A stretch of DNA of 42,601 bases from Gallionella sp. (GTDB lineage Bacteria; Pseudomonadota; Gammaproteobacteria; Burkholderiales; Gallionellaceae): the NCBI GenBank assembly GCA_013141315.1, contig JABFRF010000120.1:1-42601 (forward strand), in the 5' to 3' direction. A program made the translations under genes and the position numbers. The notes under the pieces were generated by a model. That model searched no databases, had not been told where the DNA came from, and was given only the letters and a program-made list of their open reading frames with translations. How positions within the stretch are numbered: the stretch's first letter is position 1; the number at the start of each line of letters is the position of its first letter. Positions 21,983 to 30,958 of this stretch are shown here, in pieces.

Positions 21983-22110
21983 GTTATGCCACGCTGATGC
22001 TGCTTGAAGCAAATCTACGTTTAATGATTTTTTCGATTCGCTTAACAAACAACGTGATTGAATAAATGTCGATAGCGATTTTTTTCATAGCCGTTCCACA
22101 TCTAAAATTA

Positions 22111-22209
22111 GGAGGCGAGCCTTACCCCCGGCACTTGCAATAAATGGCTGTGGCTGCTTCCTTCCGGACCTGACCAGATTCACCACCTTACAATGCGGGG
22201 AGACCCGCC
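22111..22209 (-). ncRNA. ffs: signal recognition particle 4.5S RNA
   Basis: Minus strand contains GGTCAGGTCCGGAAGGAAGCAGCC (domain IV) with paired ends GGCGGG...CTCGCC; upstream of dnaX. Confidence 0.96.
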
Positions 22210-22491
22210 AATTCGGTAAAACCAACCTGCTCATTATATCAACACACACGCCATCTCGCTAAGAAAATTAAGACAGCGCCAGCCAGTATTACCGGATACT
22301 TTGCATTACGCTCAACAGCGCAGTCAAAGGCAGCATTTGAATGTAGATCAACAGCGCAGAACCGCCCTTGCCCGGCGTGGCGGAACCCAAGCTTTCCCAT
22401 GCACTCACCCATTGACTGGTCACGGCGCTCATCATCGCAGGCGGTGTGCTAAGCTTGCGGCTATCACCGAAGCATTAAAATAAAAAACAAA

Positions 22492-22660
22492 TGTCCACGA
22501 AAGACACGAAAATCACGAAATGGAAAGAGGAGACTCCGACTAAAGTAGTGAATGACTCAATCGCCACAATGGATTTTTTTGTTTTATTGTTTCGTGTCTT
22601 TAATGTTTTTGCGAGCTTTCGCCTTATGGCGAAATGCCTGCTTAACCCGCTTCGTGGACA
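22492..22660. repeat. inverted pair of 9-bp (CACGAAA-type) tandem repeats; right arm interrupted by a 40-bp hairpin insert
   Basis: Left arm TGTCCACGAAAGACACGAAAATCACGAAA; right arm 22590-22610 + 22651-22660 matches 24/29 after removing 22611-22650 and two T. Confidence 0.72.
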
Positions 22661-22680
22661 AGACTTTAGAGGGAAATAAA

Positions 22681-23028
22681 ATGATTACCATCGAACAAAC
22701 CGAAAACCTCGTCAACATCGCCGTCATGGGGGAATTTACCATCGCCGATTTCAAAGCGTTTGAAGAACAATCCCTATACAAACTCAAAACCCCCGGCACA
22801 GTAAACCTGCTGTTTGATTTGCGTGCGATGATTAACTATACCGTTGATGTGGCGTGGGAAGAAATCAAATTTTTCAGCCGCGAACACAACCACGACTTTA
22901 ACAAAATCGCTGTCGTCACCAACGACCAATGGATTACTTGGCAGGCTTGGTTATCGCGCATTTTTGTCGATGCGGATATACAGGTGTTTACGGGTTATGA
23001 AGAGGCAAAGGCTTGGGTTCAATCCTAA
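22681..23028 (+). CDS. STAS/SEC14 (SpoIIAA-like) domain protein
   Basis: LLFDLR.M..YTVDVAWEEIKF...KIAVVT...EAKAWV; ATG 22681 after GAGGG. Confidence 0.85.
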   Translation: MITIEQTENLVNIAVMGEFTIADFKAFEEQSLYKLKTPGTVNLLFDLRAMINYTVDVAWEEIKFFSREHNHDFNKIAVVTNDQWITWQAWLSRIFVDADIQVFTGYEEAKAWVQS

Positions 23029-23099
23029 ATCACACAAGTGACATTTTGCGGTGCGTATGATGCCTATTTATTTTGTTAACCTATCAACGGAAAAAGAAA

Positions 23100-23711
23100 A
23101 TGAGCAACTTATTTGAACGCCAAGGTGCCGCCTACAAAAACGACATGAAGCGCTCACTTGCTGCGCTTCTTGGAATTGCCCAAGGCGTTCTCTGCGATGG
23201 CAAGCTGTCCGACGAGGAAATTCGATTCTTGAACGATTGGTTAACAGCAAACGATGCCATCGCAGCATCATGGCCTGGGGATGTTATTCATCAACGTATA
23301 GGCGCAGTACTCGAAGATGGTATAGTCACAGAAATTGAACGCGCTCACCTTGTTGAAACACTACAGCAACTTGTTGGCGGAACGCTCGACGACCTTTCTG
23401 CTTCAACTCACGTTACGCAACTTGCCTTTGATAATGTTGAACGTGTGGACTTTGCTGGTGCTCGTTTTTGTCTTACTGGCGATTTCATTTTTGCACCTCG
23501 ATCGGTATGCGAAGCAGCAATTGAACAACGCGGAGGCATTGTTAGTGGGAATATTGTGAAGAAATTGCGATACCTTGTTGTTGGTGGCCTAGGTAGTCCT
23601 GAATGGAAACACGGAAGTTTCGGAACAAAAATAGAACAGGCAATACAGTACAAACGCGAGGGTTTACCAATCCTTATTGTCCATGAAAACGACTGGACAT
23701 CCTCACTTTAA
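23100..23711 (+). CDS. BRCT-domain protein with N-terminal helical (TerB-like) domain
   Basis: FCLTGDF...R..CEAAIEQRGG......YLVVG...W...SFGTKIEQA...IVHE.DW BRCT pattern; N-terminal DGKLSDEE and DGIVTEIE repeats. Confidence 0.82.
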   Translation: MSNLFERQGAAYKNDMKRSLAALLGIAQGVLCDGKLSDEEIRFLNDWLTANDAIAASWPGDVIHQRIGAVLEDGIVTEIERAHLVETLQQLVGGTLDDLSASTHVTQLAFDNVERVDFAGARFCLTGDFIFAPRSVCEAAIEQRGGIVSGNIVKKLRYLVVGGLGSPEWKHGSFGTKIEQAIQYKREGLPILIVHENDWTSSL

Positions 23712-23780
23712 CCAAGTCAATATACAGAGTGTGAAGCTTCGAGTTCAATTTCAGACTCAATACCAGAATGAGCATATCCA

Positions 23781-24218
23781 ATGAAAGTGCCTAATAGCAG
23801 TCAATCTATAACTGAACTACCCACAATAATGCTCTGGGATTCACCTACACCTCCGCACATTTTTCGCTCTACAACAGAGCCCATGCTAGAAAATCAAAGC
23901 TGGGATGAACGCTGGAAAGCTCATGACAAAGGACTAATTGCTTGCTGGGAGAGTGGCCGTCAAAAAGGTAAGGAAGATTCCAATCTTGCATTGCTTGCTC
24001 GTAAAGGCGAGCTTGTAATTCTGCCTTGGAAAGGTGGCATAGAAAAAGCCACAAAGTTGAATCATAAATACGGTTCTTTATTTTACCTTGCGATGTGGCA
24101 AGGTCTTCGCGGAGACAACCTTGATATTTTCACAGATAAAGAGACAAAGTTAGTTTGCTCTCGAACCAGCATGAGTATCACTTTCACGGGCGATCAATCC
24201 AAGTTTTTGGACGAATAA
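23781..24218 (+). CDS. hypothetical protein
   Basis: 145-aa ATG ORF, co-oriented with BRCT gene, followed by terminator; no family recognised. Confidence 0.6.
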   Translation: MKVPNSSQSITELPTIMLWDSPTPPHIFRSTTEPMLENQSWDERWKAHDKGLIACWESGRQKGKEDSNLALLARKGELVILPWKGGIEKATKLNHKYGSLFYLAMWQGLRGDNLDIFTDKETKLVCSRTSMSITFTGDQSKFLDE

Positions 24219-24279
24219 TTCGCTTGGGTTTAGTTGAGTACAGCGATACCAAGCCTACATATATCCACACATATCCACA

Positions 24280-24315
24280 CAAAACAAAAAACCCGCTCTC
24301 GCGGGTTTTCTTTTG
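24280..24315. terminator. bidirectional intrinsic terminator (near-duplicate of 25288-25323)
   Basis: AAAACCCGC-TCTC-GCGGGTTTT stem with A and T tracts. Confidence 0.8.
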
Positions 24316-24437
24316 GGGGCCCAAAGGGGCCGTGCTCGAATTTTTTTCTGGTAATGAAACAATCCCGTAACTCTCCGCAGTTACCACACTACAATTTCTA
24401 GCGTGACTTACCTTTTCTTTACCAGAAGAACAACAGT

Positions 24438-24641
24438 ATGAAAACCAGAAAACCATCCAACAAAGGGCAAGTGATTCTGTCAACAGCCATATTCTCCGCT
24501 AACCAGCAAAAGACAGGACTTGAGTTCGCCACGACTACACTTGATGAAGTTGTTGGTTGCACAGGCTATGTCGGCAAATCACACAGCATTGCTGATATGC
24601 ATAAAGCCATCACAACAGAAATAAAATCAACGGTTAAGTAG
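24438..24641 (+). pseudogene. internally deleted AbrB/MazE/SpoVT-type antitoxin remnant
   Basis: N-terminus MKTRKPSNKGQVIL resembles AbrB (T.LSSKGQV.IP); C-terminus TTLDEVVGC..Y.GK..SI.DM..AI typical of VapB-like AbrB proteins; middle strands and partner toxin missing. Confidence 0.55.
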
Positions 24642-24709
24642 CTATAAAAGTTTTAAATAATTGTGTATGACATACTTGCATACCTCAAACGTTATCCTTG
24701 ATTTATACT

Positions 24710-24946
24710 ATGCTCATGCATACTCCAACCAACGCCACTGAATACCTGCAACTGTCTGTCTCCGAGCGCATCCAGCTTGTCGAAGATATATGGGATAGCA
24801 TTGCTGCTGAGGTATCCAATACTGTTGGATTGTCACAAGCTCAAAAGGCTGAGTTGCATCGTCGCGTTGCTGCGCATCGTGCAGATCCTTCCACCGCTGT
24901 CCCGTGGGAACAGGTTCAATCAAAATTATTTCCGAGTAAACCCTGA
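24710..24946 (+). CDS. addiction module antitoxin (TIGR02574-like)
   Basis: LSVSERIQLVEDIWDSI...ELHRR......P....PWEQV; start 24710 or 24716. Confidence 0.88.
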   Translation: MLMHTPTNATEYLQLSVSERIQLVEDIWDSIAAEVSNTVGLSQAQKAELHRRVAAHRADPSTAVPWEQVQSKLFPSKP

Positions 24947-25230
24947 TGTTAGTCGTACTCCGTCCAGAGGCTGAGCAAGAGCTTCTGGAAGCGCAGGCTT
25001 GGTACGAGTCAAAAGCGCTGGGACTTGGCTTTGAGTTCGCCCGTGCCGCTGACGCGGCAGTTGCATCTGCACTGCGTAATCCCTTTGGGCATTTGCGCAT
25101 CGAAGAGGAGTTCCGTCGGGTATTATTCCGAAAATTTCCCTACACGCTCATTTATCTGCCAAGCCAAAATGAGTTGTTGGTGGTTTCGTTCTTTCATCAG
25201 CATCGTGAACCAGGTACTTGGTTGGAATAG
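24946..25230 (+). CDS. RelE/ParE-family toxin
   Basis: PEAEQEL.EA..WYE....GLG.EF...FPY.LIY...HQHREP; TGATG coupling to antitoxin. Confidence 0.9.
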   Translation: MLVVLRPEAEQELLEAQAWYESKALGLGFEFARAADAAVASALRNPFGHLRIEEEFRRVLFRKFPYTLIYLPSQNELLVVSFFHQHREPGTWLE

Positions 25231-25287
25231 CTTGGTAATTGATGCACTTTGAACCCACCCTGCATTAAGGCTAGATTTTCTCAAGGC

Positions 25288-25323
25288 CAAAACAAAAAAC
25301 CCGCATTCGCGGGTTTTCTTTTG
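25288..25323. terminator. bidirectional terminator downstream of rpmG and the TA operon
   Basis: AAAACCCGC-ATTC-GCGGGTTTT stem. Confidence 0.85.
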
Positions 25324-25343
25324 TACAACCAATCCAGCCAAAC

Positions 25344-25499
25344 TTACTTCAGTTTGGTTTCTTTGTACATCACGTGCTTGCGTACTTTAGGATCGTATTT
25401 TTTCATTTCGATCTTTTCTGGTGTGGTGCGCTTGTTTTTGGTCGTGGTGTAAAAATGGCCAGTGCCGGCACTTGATTCGAGTTTGATTTTTTCGCGCAT
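25344..25499 (-). CDS. rpmG: 50S ribosomal protein L33
   Basis: Hand translation [51 protein letters not shown] (51 aa, below ORF-track cutoff). Confidence 0.98.
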   Translation of the reverse strand: MREKIKLESSAGTGHFYTTTKNKRTTPEKIEMKKYDPKVRKHVMYKETKLK

Positions 25500-25511
25500 T
25501 TTCTATAATCC

Positions 25512-25748
25512 TTAAACGTTCACGCCATTGGCGCGAATTTCTACCAGAACTGCGTCGATACCATTTTTGTCGATGGTGCGCAGTGCGGCATTAGACAAGC
25601 GCAAGCTCACCCAACGATTTTCTGATTCAACCCAGAAGCGGCGACGTTGCAGATTCGGCAAAAAACGACGCTTGGTTTTGTTATTCGCGTGGGAAATGTT
25701 GTTCCCGCTCATCGGGCCTTTACCCGTTACTTGACATACACGTGCCAT
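25512..25748 (-). CDS. rpmB: 50S ribosomal protein L28
   Basis: [34 protein letters not shown]; start ATG 25748. Confidence 0.98.
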   Translation of the reverse strand: MARVCQVTGKGPMSGNNISHANNKTKRRFLPNLQRRRFWVESENRWVSLRLSNAALRTIDKNGIDAVLVEIRANGVNV

Positions 25749-25996
25749 GGTTCTACTCCAACCGATTTCAAAAGAGCGCGGATGATACCGAAGGAATCGG
25801 GATTGTTCAACCTGAATTTGGGTCGAAACGCAAAAAACGCCTCTATACCTGCTCCTACAACGATTTAACCGTATTGAAACATTTGCCGAATATACTGTTA
25901 TTCGCTTAACTTTAAGACACATTCCCTTAAAATTGGGCAGATAGATGAAATGTTTCACGCTATCATGTCCACATCAAGCATACACAAACACTGACT

Positions 25997-27481
25997 GTGC
26001 AACATCAACCGCTTCTCGCCGCCCTTGATTTGGGCTCTAACAGTTTCCGCCTGCAAATCGCTCGTGTCGAAAATGACCAACTTTATATGCTGGATAGCTT
26101 GCGTGAGCCGGTACGTTTGGCTGCGGGATTAGGCACTGACAAACGTCTCGACAAAGCTTCACAACAACGCGGCTTAGTTTGTTTACAGCGTTTTGGTGAA
26201 AGACTACGCGGCTTGCCCAAAGAAGCCGTACGCGCAGTGGGAACTAACTCTTTACGCGTGGCCAAAAATGCGCCGGAGTTTTTACAACAAGCCGAAGCAG
26301 CATTAGGATTTCCGATTGATGTGATTGCGGGCCGTGAAGAAGCGCGACTCATATATATGGGGGTAGCGCAAGGTTTGCCGCTTTCCGACAACAATCGTCT
26401 AGTGATGGACATCGGCGGCGGCTCCACTGAATTTATTGTGGGCAATGGCCTTAACCCACTCAAACTAGAAAGCCTTTATATGGGCTGCGTTAGCTATAGT
26501 CTGCGCTATTTTCCCGATGGCAAGATTAGCAAAGCCAACCTCAAGCAGGCCGAGCTTGCTGCCCGCATCGAGCTACAAGGCATTACTGCTGACTTTTCCA
26601 GTGACCATTGGAGCAACGCGCTAGGCTCTTCGGGTACGGCTAAGGCTATTGCCGAAATTTTGGAATTGAATGGGTACAGCTTAAGTGGCATTACGCGTGA
26701 AGGCCTAGAACAGTTACGCGCACATTTACTCAAGGTGGGTGATGTGCAGAAGCTTAATTTACAAGGACTAAGGGCAGACCGCTTGCCTGCATTGCCCGGC
26801 GGCTTTGCGATTATGTATGCCGCGTTTTGCGAGTTGAATATCGAACAGATGCAACCAGCAATGGGAGCGTTGCGCGAAGGCGTTTTGTACGAGTTGCTGG
26901 GACGCTTCCATGATCACGACATGCGTGATGTTACGGTCGCGCAATTCATGCGTCGGTATCATGTTGATATGCGCCAAGCCAAGCGTGTAGCTCAATTAGC
27001 TGAAAATCTTGCCCGGCAATTTCTGGATGAGCAAGCTGACACAGAGGATTTGCAACCCTTGATGCAAGCTGCACAGTTGCACGAAATTGGCATCAGCGTG
27101 GCGCATAGCGGTTATCACAAACACGCCGCTTATATTCTTGCCAATGCCGATATGCCCGGCTTTACCAAGAAAGAACAAGCCCTGCTCAGCCTGCTCACCT
27201 TGGCTCATCGTGGCAGGTTGGAAAAAATGCGTAACCAATTAACCACCCCTGAGCTATTCGCTCAGGTTATGGCGCTGCGTTTTGCGGTTTTGTTTTACCG
27301 TAATCGCAAAGACATCATCCTTCCTGCTATGCATGGTCAGCTCAAAGGTAATAAATTTAACCTGACGTTACCCGCTGATTGGCTGGCGCAAAATCCCCTC
27401 ACCGAAACCGCGTTGCAGGAAGAAGCTAGGCAATGGAAGACGCTAGATGTACCCATGCAAATTATTGCGAGCGAGAAATAA
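25997..27481 (+). CDS. ppx: exopolyphosphatase Ppx/GppA
   Basis: DLGSNSFRL, GREEARL, DIGGGSTE, ALREG, HD-like C-terminal domain. Confidence 0.96.
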   Translation: MQHQPLLAALDLGSNSFRLQIARVENDQLYMLDSLREPVRLAAGLGTDKRLDKASQQRGLVCLQRFGERLRGLPKEAVRAVGTNSLRVAKNAPEFLQQAEAALGFPIDVIAGREEARLIYMGVAQGLPLSDNNRLVMDIGGGSTEFIVGNGLNPLKLESLYMGCVSYSLRYFPDGKISKANLKQAELAARIELQGITADFSSDHWSNALGSSGTAKAIAEILELNGYSLSGITREGLEQLRAHLLKVGDVQKLNLQGLRADRLPALPGGFAIMYAAFCELNIEQMQPAMGALREGVLYELLGRFHDHDMRDVTVAQFMRRYHVDMRQAKRVAQLAENLARQFLDEQADTEDLQPLMQAAQLHEIGISVAHSGYHKHAAYILANADMPGFTKKEQALLSLLTLAHRGRLEKMRNQLTTPELFAQVMALRFAVLFYRNRKDIILPAMHGQLKGNKFNLTLPADWLAQNPLTETALQEEARQWKTLDVPMQIIASEK

Positions 27482-27546
27482 ACACATCACTTACGCAACT
27501 TCGTAAATCAAGCTCGATTTAAAAACGAATATATAGGACGCAATAC

Positions 27547-27580
27547 TTGTAAAGAATCTGCAACAATTGCAACCTAAACT
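27547..27580 (+). promoter_or_regulatory. putative PhoB-dependent promoter of ppk1
   Basis: TTGTAAA(27547)/CTGCAAC(27558) 11 bp apart; TAAACT begins 10 bp after last half-site. Confidence 0.55.
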
Positions 27581-27600
27581 AGGGGCATGGAAAACCTATC

Positions 27601-29730
27601 ATGAGCAGCCTGGAGAAAACCAGCCTGCAAGACACACCGCCCCAACACCAGAGTGACGCTATCGTGGGCAAGAAAATTAACGCGCAGCACTTCATCAATC
27701 GTGAATTAGGCCAGCTGGAATTTAATCGGCGCGTGTTGGCGCAAGCTGAAGATGGCAGCATTCCGTTATTGGAACGACTGAAATATCTGTGTATTGTCAG
27801 CAGCAATCTGGATGAATTCTTTGAGGTTCGTGTCGCCAGCTTAAAAGAGCAAATCAATCTGACAGGCGTAGCACTCGGCCCAGATGGCATGGATGCAGCC
27901 ACCACGCTCAAACTGGTACGCGAGCAAGCTCATCTGCTGATCAAACAACAATACGAAGTACTCAATGCCGCGATCTTGCCTGAACTGGAAACACAAGGCA
28001 TACGCTTTCTGCGTCGTACGCATTGGAATGATGCACAGCGCGCTTGGGTGCGCGACTTTTTTTTCAATGAAGTGATGCCCGTACTTACCCCGATAGGTCT
28101 TGACCCTTCACACCCCTTCCCCCGCGTACTCAACAAAAGCTTGAACTTCGCGGTGGAGTTGCAAGGTAAGGATGCGTTCGGACGAAACTCGGCTAAAGCC
28201 ATTGTCCAAGCCCCGCGCGTGTTGCCCCGTACAATACCTATGCCACCCGAATTAAGCGGTTGTGAACATGGCTTTGTATTTCTTTCATCGATTTTGCATG
28301 CCCATGTCGGCGAATTATTTTCCGGCATGGAAGTGCTCAGTTGCCATCAATTCCGCGTCACCCGCAACAGCAATTTATTCGTCGATGACGAAGAAGTAAA
28401 AAATCTCCGCACCAGCTTGCAAGGCGAGTTGCCCCATCGACATTTTGGTGATGCAGTGCGTCTGGAGATCACCGACAATTGTTCACCTCAAGTAGCCAAT
28501 TACCTGCTGCAACAATTCGAATTAGGCGTTGAAGATTTGTACCGTGTAGATGGTCCGGTGAATCTAGTACGGCTGATGGACATTCCTGATCGAGTAGCAC
28601 GAGATGACTTAAAGTTTCCACCTTATGCCTCAGTCATCACCGCCACCTTGCAGAAAAAAGGCGCGGATATGTTCAAGCTGCTGCGCAAGAGTGACGTGTT
28701 ACTACACCACCCCTTTCAGTCATTTCAACCTGTCATCAGTTTCATTCAACAAGCCGCCTCTGATCCGCAAGTGGTGGCGATCAAGCAAACGGTGTATCGC
28801 ACGGGGGTCGATTCCGCATTGATGGAAGCCTTGATCGCCGCCGTTCAGGCCGGAAAAGAAGTGACTGTAGTGGTAGAACTGATGGCGCGTTTTGATGAAG
28901 AGGCCAATATCAACTGGGCGAGCAAACTGGAAGAGGTCGGCGCGCATGTGGTGTATGGCGTAGTGGGTCACAAGACCCACGCAAAAATGATTATGGTGGT
29001 TCGTCGCGAAGAGGGGAAACTTCGTCGCTACGTGCATCTAGGCACTGGCAATTACCATCCCCGCACGGCACGTTTTTATACTGACTTTGGGTTATTCACT
29101 TGTCAGCCTGAAATATGCGCCGATGTGAACCAGGTATTTTCACAGCTAACCAGCTTAGGTAAGGCAGGGGCTTTGCAACATTTATGGCAATCTCCGTTCA
29201 CGTTACACAGCCAGATTTTGCAAGCCATACACAACGAAACCAAACTCGCCAAGGCAGGCAAAAAAGCACACATCATCGCCAAAATGAATGCGCTATTGGA
29301 GCCCACCATCATTACCGCGTTGTATGAAGCTTCGCGGGCAGGCGTAAAAATTGATTTGATTGTGCGCGGGGTATGCGCGCTTCGCCCCGGCGTGGAAGGA
29401 TTATCGGAAAACATTCGCGTACGGTCGGTGATTGGACGCTTCTTGGAACATACGCGCATTTTCTATTTCCGCAACAACCTGAAACACGACACCTATTTGT
29501 CCAGCGCAGACTGGATGAACAGGAATTTCTTCCGCCGAATTGAGGTCTGCTTTCCGTTGCTCGACAAGAAACTGAAAAAGCGCGTGTTGGACGAAGGCCT
29601 GAAAATCTATTTACGCGATAATGTTCAAGCTTGGGAAATGTCCGATAATGGAAGTTATCGCAGAAAAAGAATCCGTAACTCAACCCCAGTCTGCGCTCAA
29701 ACCACTCTGCTTGCACAACTTGCCAACTAA
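27601..29730 (+). CDS. ppk1: polyphosphate kinase 1
   Basis: INREL..LEFN.RVL, SNLDEFFEVRV, KTHAKM, GTGNY, GRFLEH. Confidence 0.98.
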   Translation: MSSLEKTSLQDTPPQHQSDAIVGKKINAQHFINRELGQLEFNRRVLAQAEDGSIPLLERLKYLCIVSSNLDEFFEVRVASLKEQINLTGVALGPDGMDAATTLKLVREQAHLLIKQQYEVLNAAILPELETQGIRFLRRTHWNDAQRAWVRDFFFNEVMPVLTPIGLDPSHPFPRVLNKSLNFAVELQGKDAFGRNSAKAIVQAPRVLPRTIPMPPELSGCEHGFVFLSSILHAHVGELFSGMEVLSCHQFRVTRNSNLFVDDEEVKNLRTSLQGELPHRHFGDAVRLEITDNCSPQVANYLLQQFELGVEDLYRVDGPVNLVRLMDIPDRVARDDLKFPPYASVITATLQKKGADMFKLLRKSDVLLHHPFQSFQPVISFIQQAASDPQVVAIKQTVYRTGVDSALMEALIAAVQAGKEVTVVVELMARFDEEANINWASKLEEVGAHVVYGVVGHKTHAKMIMVVRREEGKLRRYVHLGTGNYHPRTARFYTDFGLFTCQPEICADVNQVFSQLTSLGKAGALQHLWQSPFTLHSQILQAIHNETKLAKAGKKAHIIAKMNALLEPTIITALYEASRAGVKIDLIVRGVCALRPGVEGLSENIRVRSVIGRFLEHTRIFYFRNNLKHDTYLSSADWMNRNFFRRIEVCFPLLDKKLKKRVLDEGLKIYLRDNVQAWEMSDNGSYRRKRIRNSTPVCAQTTLLAQLAN

Positions 29731-29789
29731 CGTTTCATAGCTTACTCGTAACGGCTCACAACATTTTCCCGAGCAAATCGAAAAGTTAA

Positions 29790-29972
29790 GGAAGCTCTGC
29801 AAAAAGCCGTTCGTGGTGATAACCAATGACTTGCCGCTTCAGCGGCTTAGTCAGATGGCTAGTTGTTCCATCAGTGTTTTTCGTTCGCTCCTTCGATACA
29901 CCGCGCTAGGCGCGGCACTCAAGACGAACGAAAAATGTATCGAACCATCTTGGCAACTTTTGCAGAGCTTCC
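29790..29972. mobile_element. 183-bp MITE (129-bp core + 54-bp nested insert), copy 1
   Basis: Perfect 15-bp TIR GGAAGCTCTGCAAAA; TTAA on both flanks; near-identical to 30959-31087. Confidence 0.9.
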
Positions 29973-29992
29973 TTAAATTGGCGTTAATAAAT

Positions 29993-30406
29993 CTACGCTA
30001 CAGATTTTTTGGGACGACCAGTTTTAATCGTATCCAGCTTGCCTATCGCTTGTTTAAGTTGTGCAACAGTTAACGTGTCTAAGGCACGTAAACCAGCACG
30101 TAGAAGCTCACTCTTTTTGACATGTAAACCCGCTTTTAGACAGGCTTGTTTTAATTTGGCAATTTTCGCGTAATCATCTTGCGGCATAGTAAAACTATCA
30201 CGCACAACCTTGTCTTTAACTTCTGCTTTAACCGCTGACTTTTTAACTTTCTTGTTTTTTTTGCCTGGCTTCGCAACTACTATTTTTACCACTGTAGGTT
30301 TTTGCGCAGGTGCTTTAATGGCAGCAGCGGGTTTTGTTGCAGTCACTTTTTTGGGTGTAACCTTAACTGCTACGGGAATCTTTTTGGTTGTCATAACTTG
30401 CTCCAT
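29993..30406 (-). CDS. Lys/Ala-rich conserved hypothetical protein, probable DNA-binding C-terminus
   Basis: Histone H1-like basic N-terminus; C-terminal VVRDSFTMP..DY..I..LK..CL.AG..VKKSELLRAG strand-helix-helix pattern. Confidence 0.75.
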   Translation of the reverse strand: MEQVMTTKKIPVAVKVTPKKVTATKPAAAIKAPAQKPTVVKIVVAKPGKKNKKVKKSAVKAEVKDKVVRDSFTMPQDDYAKIAKLKQACLKAGLHVKKSELLRAGLRALDTLTVAQLKQAIGKLDTIKTGRPKKSVA

Positions 30407-30481
30407 TGAGTTATTTGGAATAATCAGTATATACGGTATATTCTTACTATTGAATTGTAATATTTGAGCTAAGGGGAAATC

Positions 30482-30934
30482 ATGGAGCTGATCTTATGGA
30501 GGCATGCTGAAGCAGAAGATGGCGTTCCTGATACAGAACGTGCTTTAACCGCCAAAGGTCGTATTCAGGCAGAAAAAATGGCGGCTTTTTTGAGGGTGCA
30601 TTTACCCCCCGATACTCGAATTCTGGTTAGCCCCGCCAGACGTACTCAACAAACTGCAACCGCACTTAACCGACACTACATTACCGAACCTCGCATTAAG
30701 CCCGGCTGCTCACCACAAGATGTGCTGCAAGCCGCCAATTGGCGAGATGAAACGTGCTGCGTGTTAATTGTTGGGCATCAACCTACGCTCGGTTCAGTTG
30801 CTGGACTGCTCATGACCGGGCAAGCACAATACTGGAGCGTCAAAAAAGGTGCGGTCTGGTGGCTCAACAGCCGTGAGCGCGGTGGCGAGACACAAACCAC
30901 TTTGCGCCTGACCATCTCGCCTGATTTTTTATAA
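30482..30934 (+). CDS. sixA: phosphohistidine phosphatase SixA
   Basis: LILWRHAEAED, SPARRT.QTA, VGHQPTL. Confidence 0.9.
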   Translation: MELILWRHAEAEDGVPDTERALTAKGRIQAEKMAAFLRVHLPPDTRILVSPARRTQQTATALNRHYITEPRIKPGCSPQDVLQAANWRDETCCVLIVGHQPTLGSVAGLLMTGQAQYWSVKKGAVWWLNSRERGGETQTTLRLTISPDFL

Positions 30935-30958
30935 GGCATCTACGCTGTTCTGCGTTAA

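Noticed and set aside
23030-25330. Integron cassette array
   Set aside because: No integrase and no convincing attC sites (RYYYAAC...GTTRRRY with internal palindrome) between the ORFs
25749-25958. N-terminal extension of rpmB (similarly the longer starts of rnc, rluB, STAS and GGDEF genes)
   Set aside because: Family N-termini and RBS positions support downstream starts; extensions run through promoters or repeats
30444-30481. Pho box upstream of sixA
   Set aside because: Only one good half-site (TTGTAAT) and no -10 hexamer at the 10-bp spacing seen in the other five promoters
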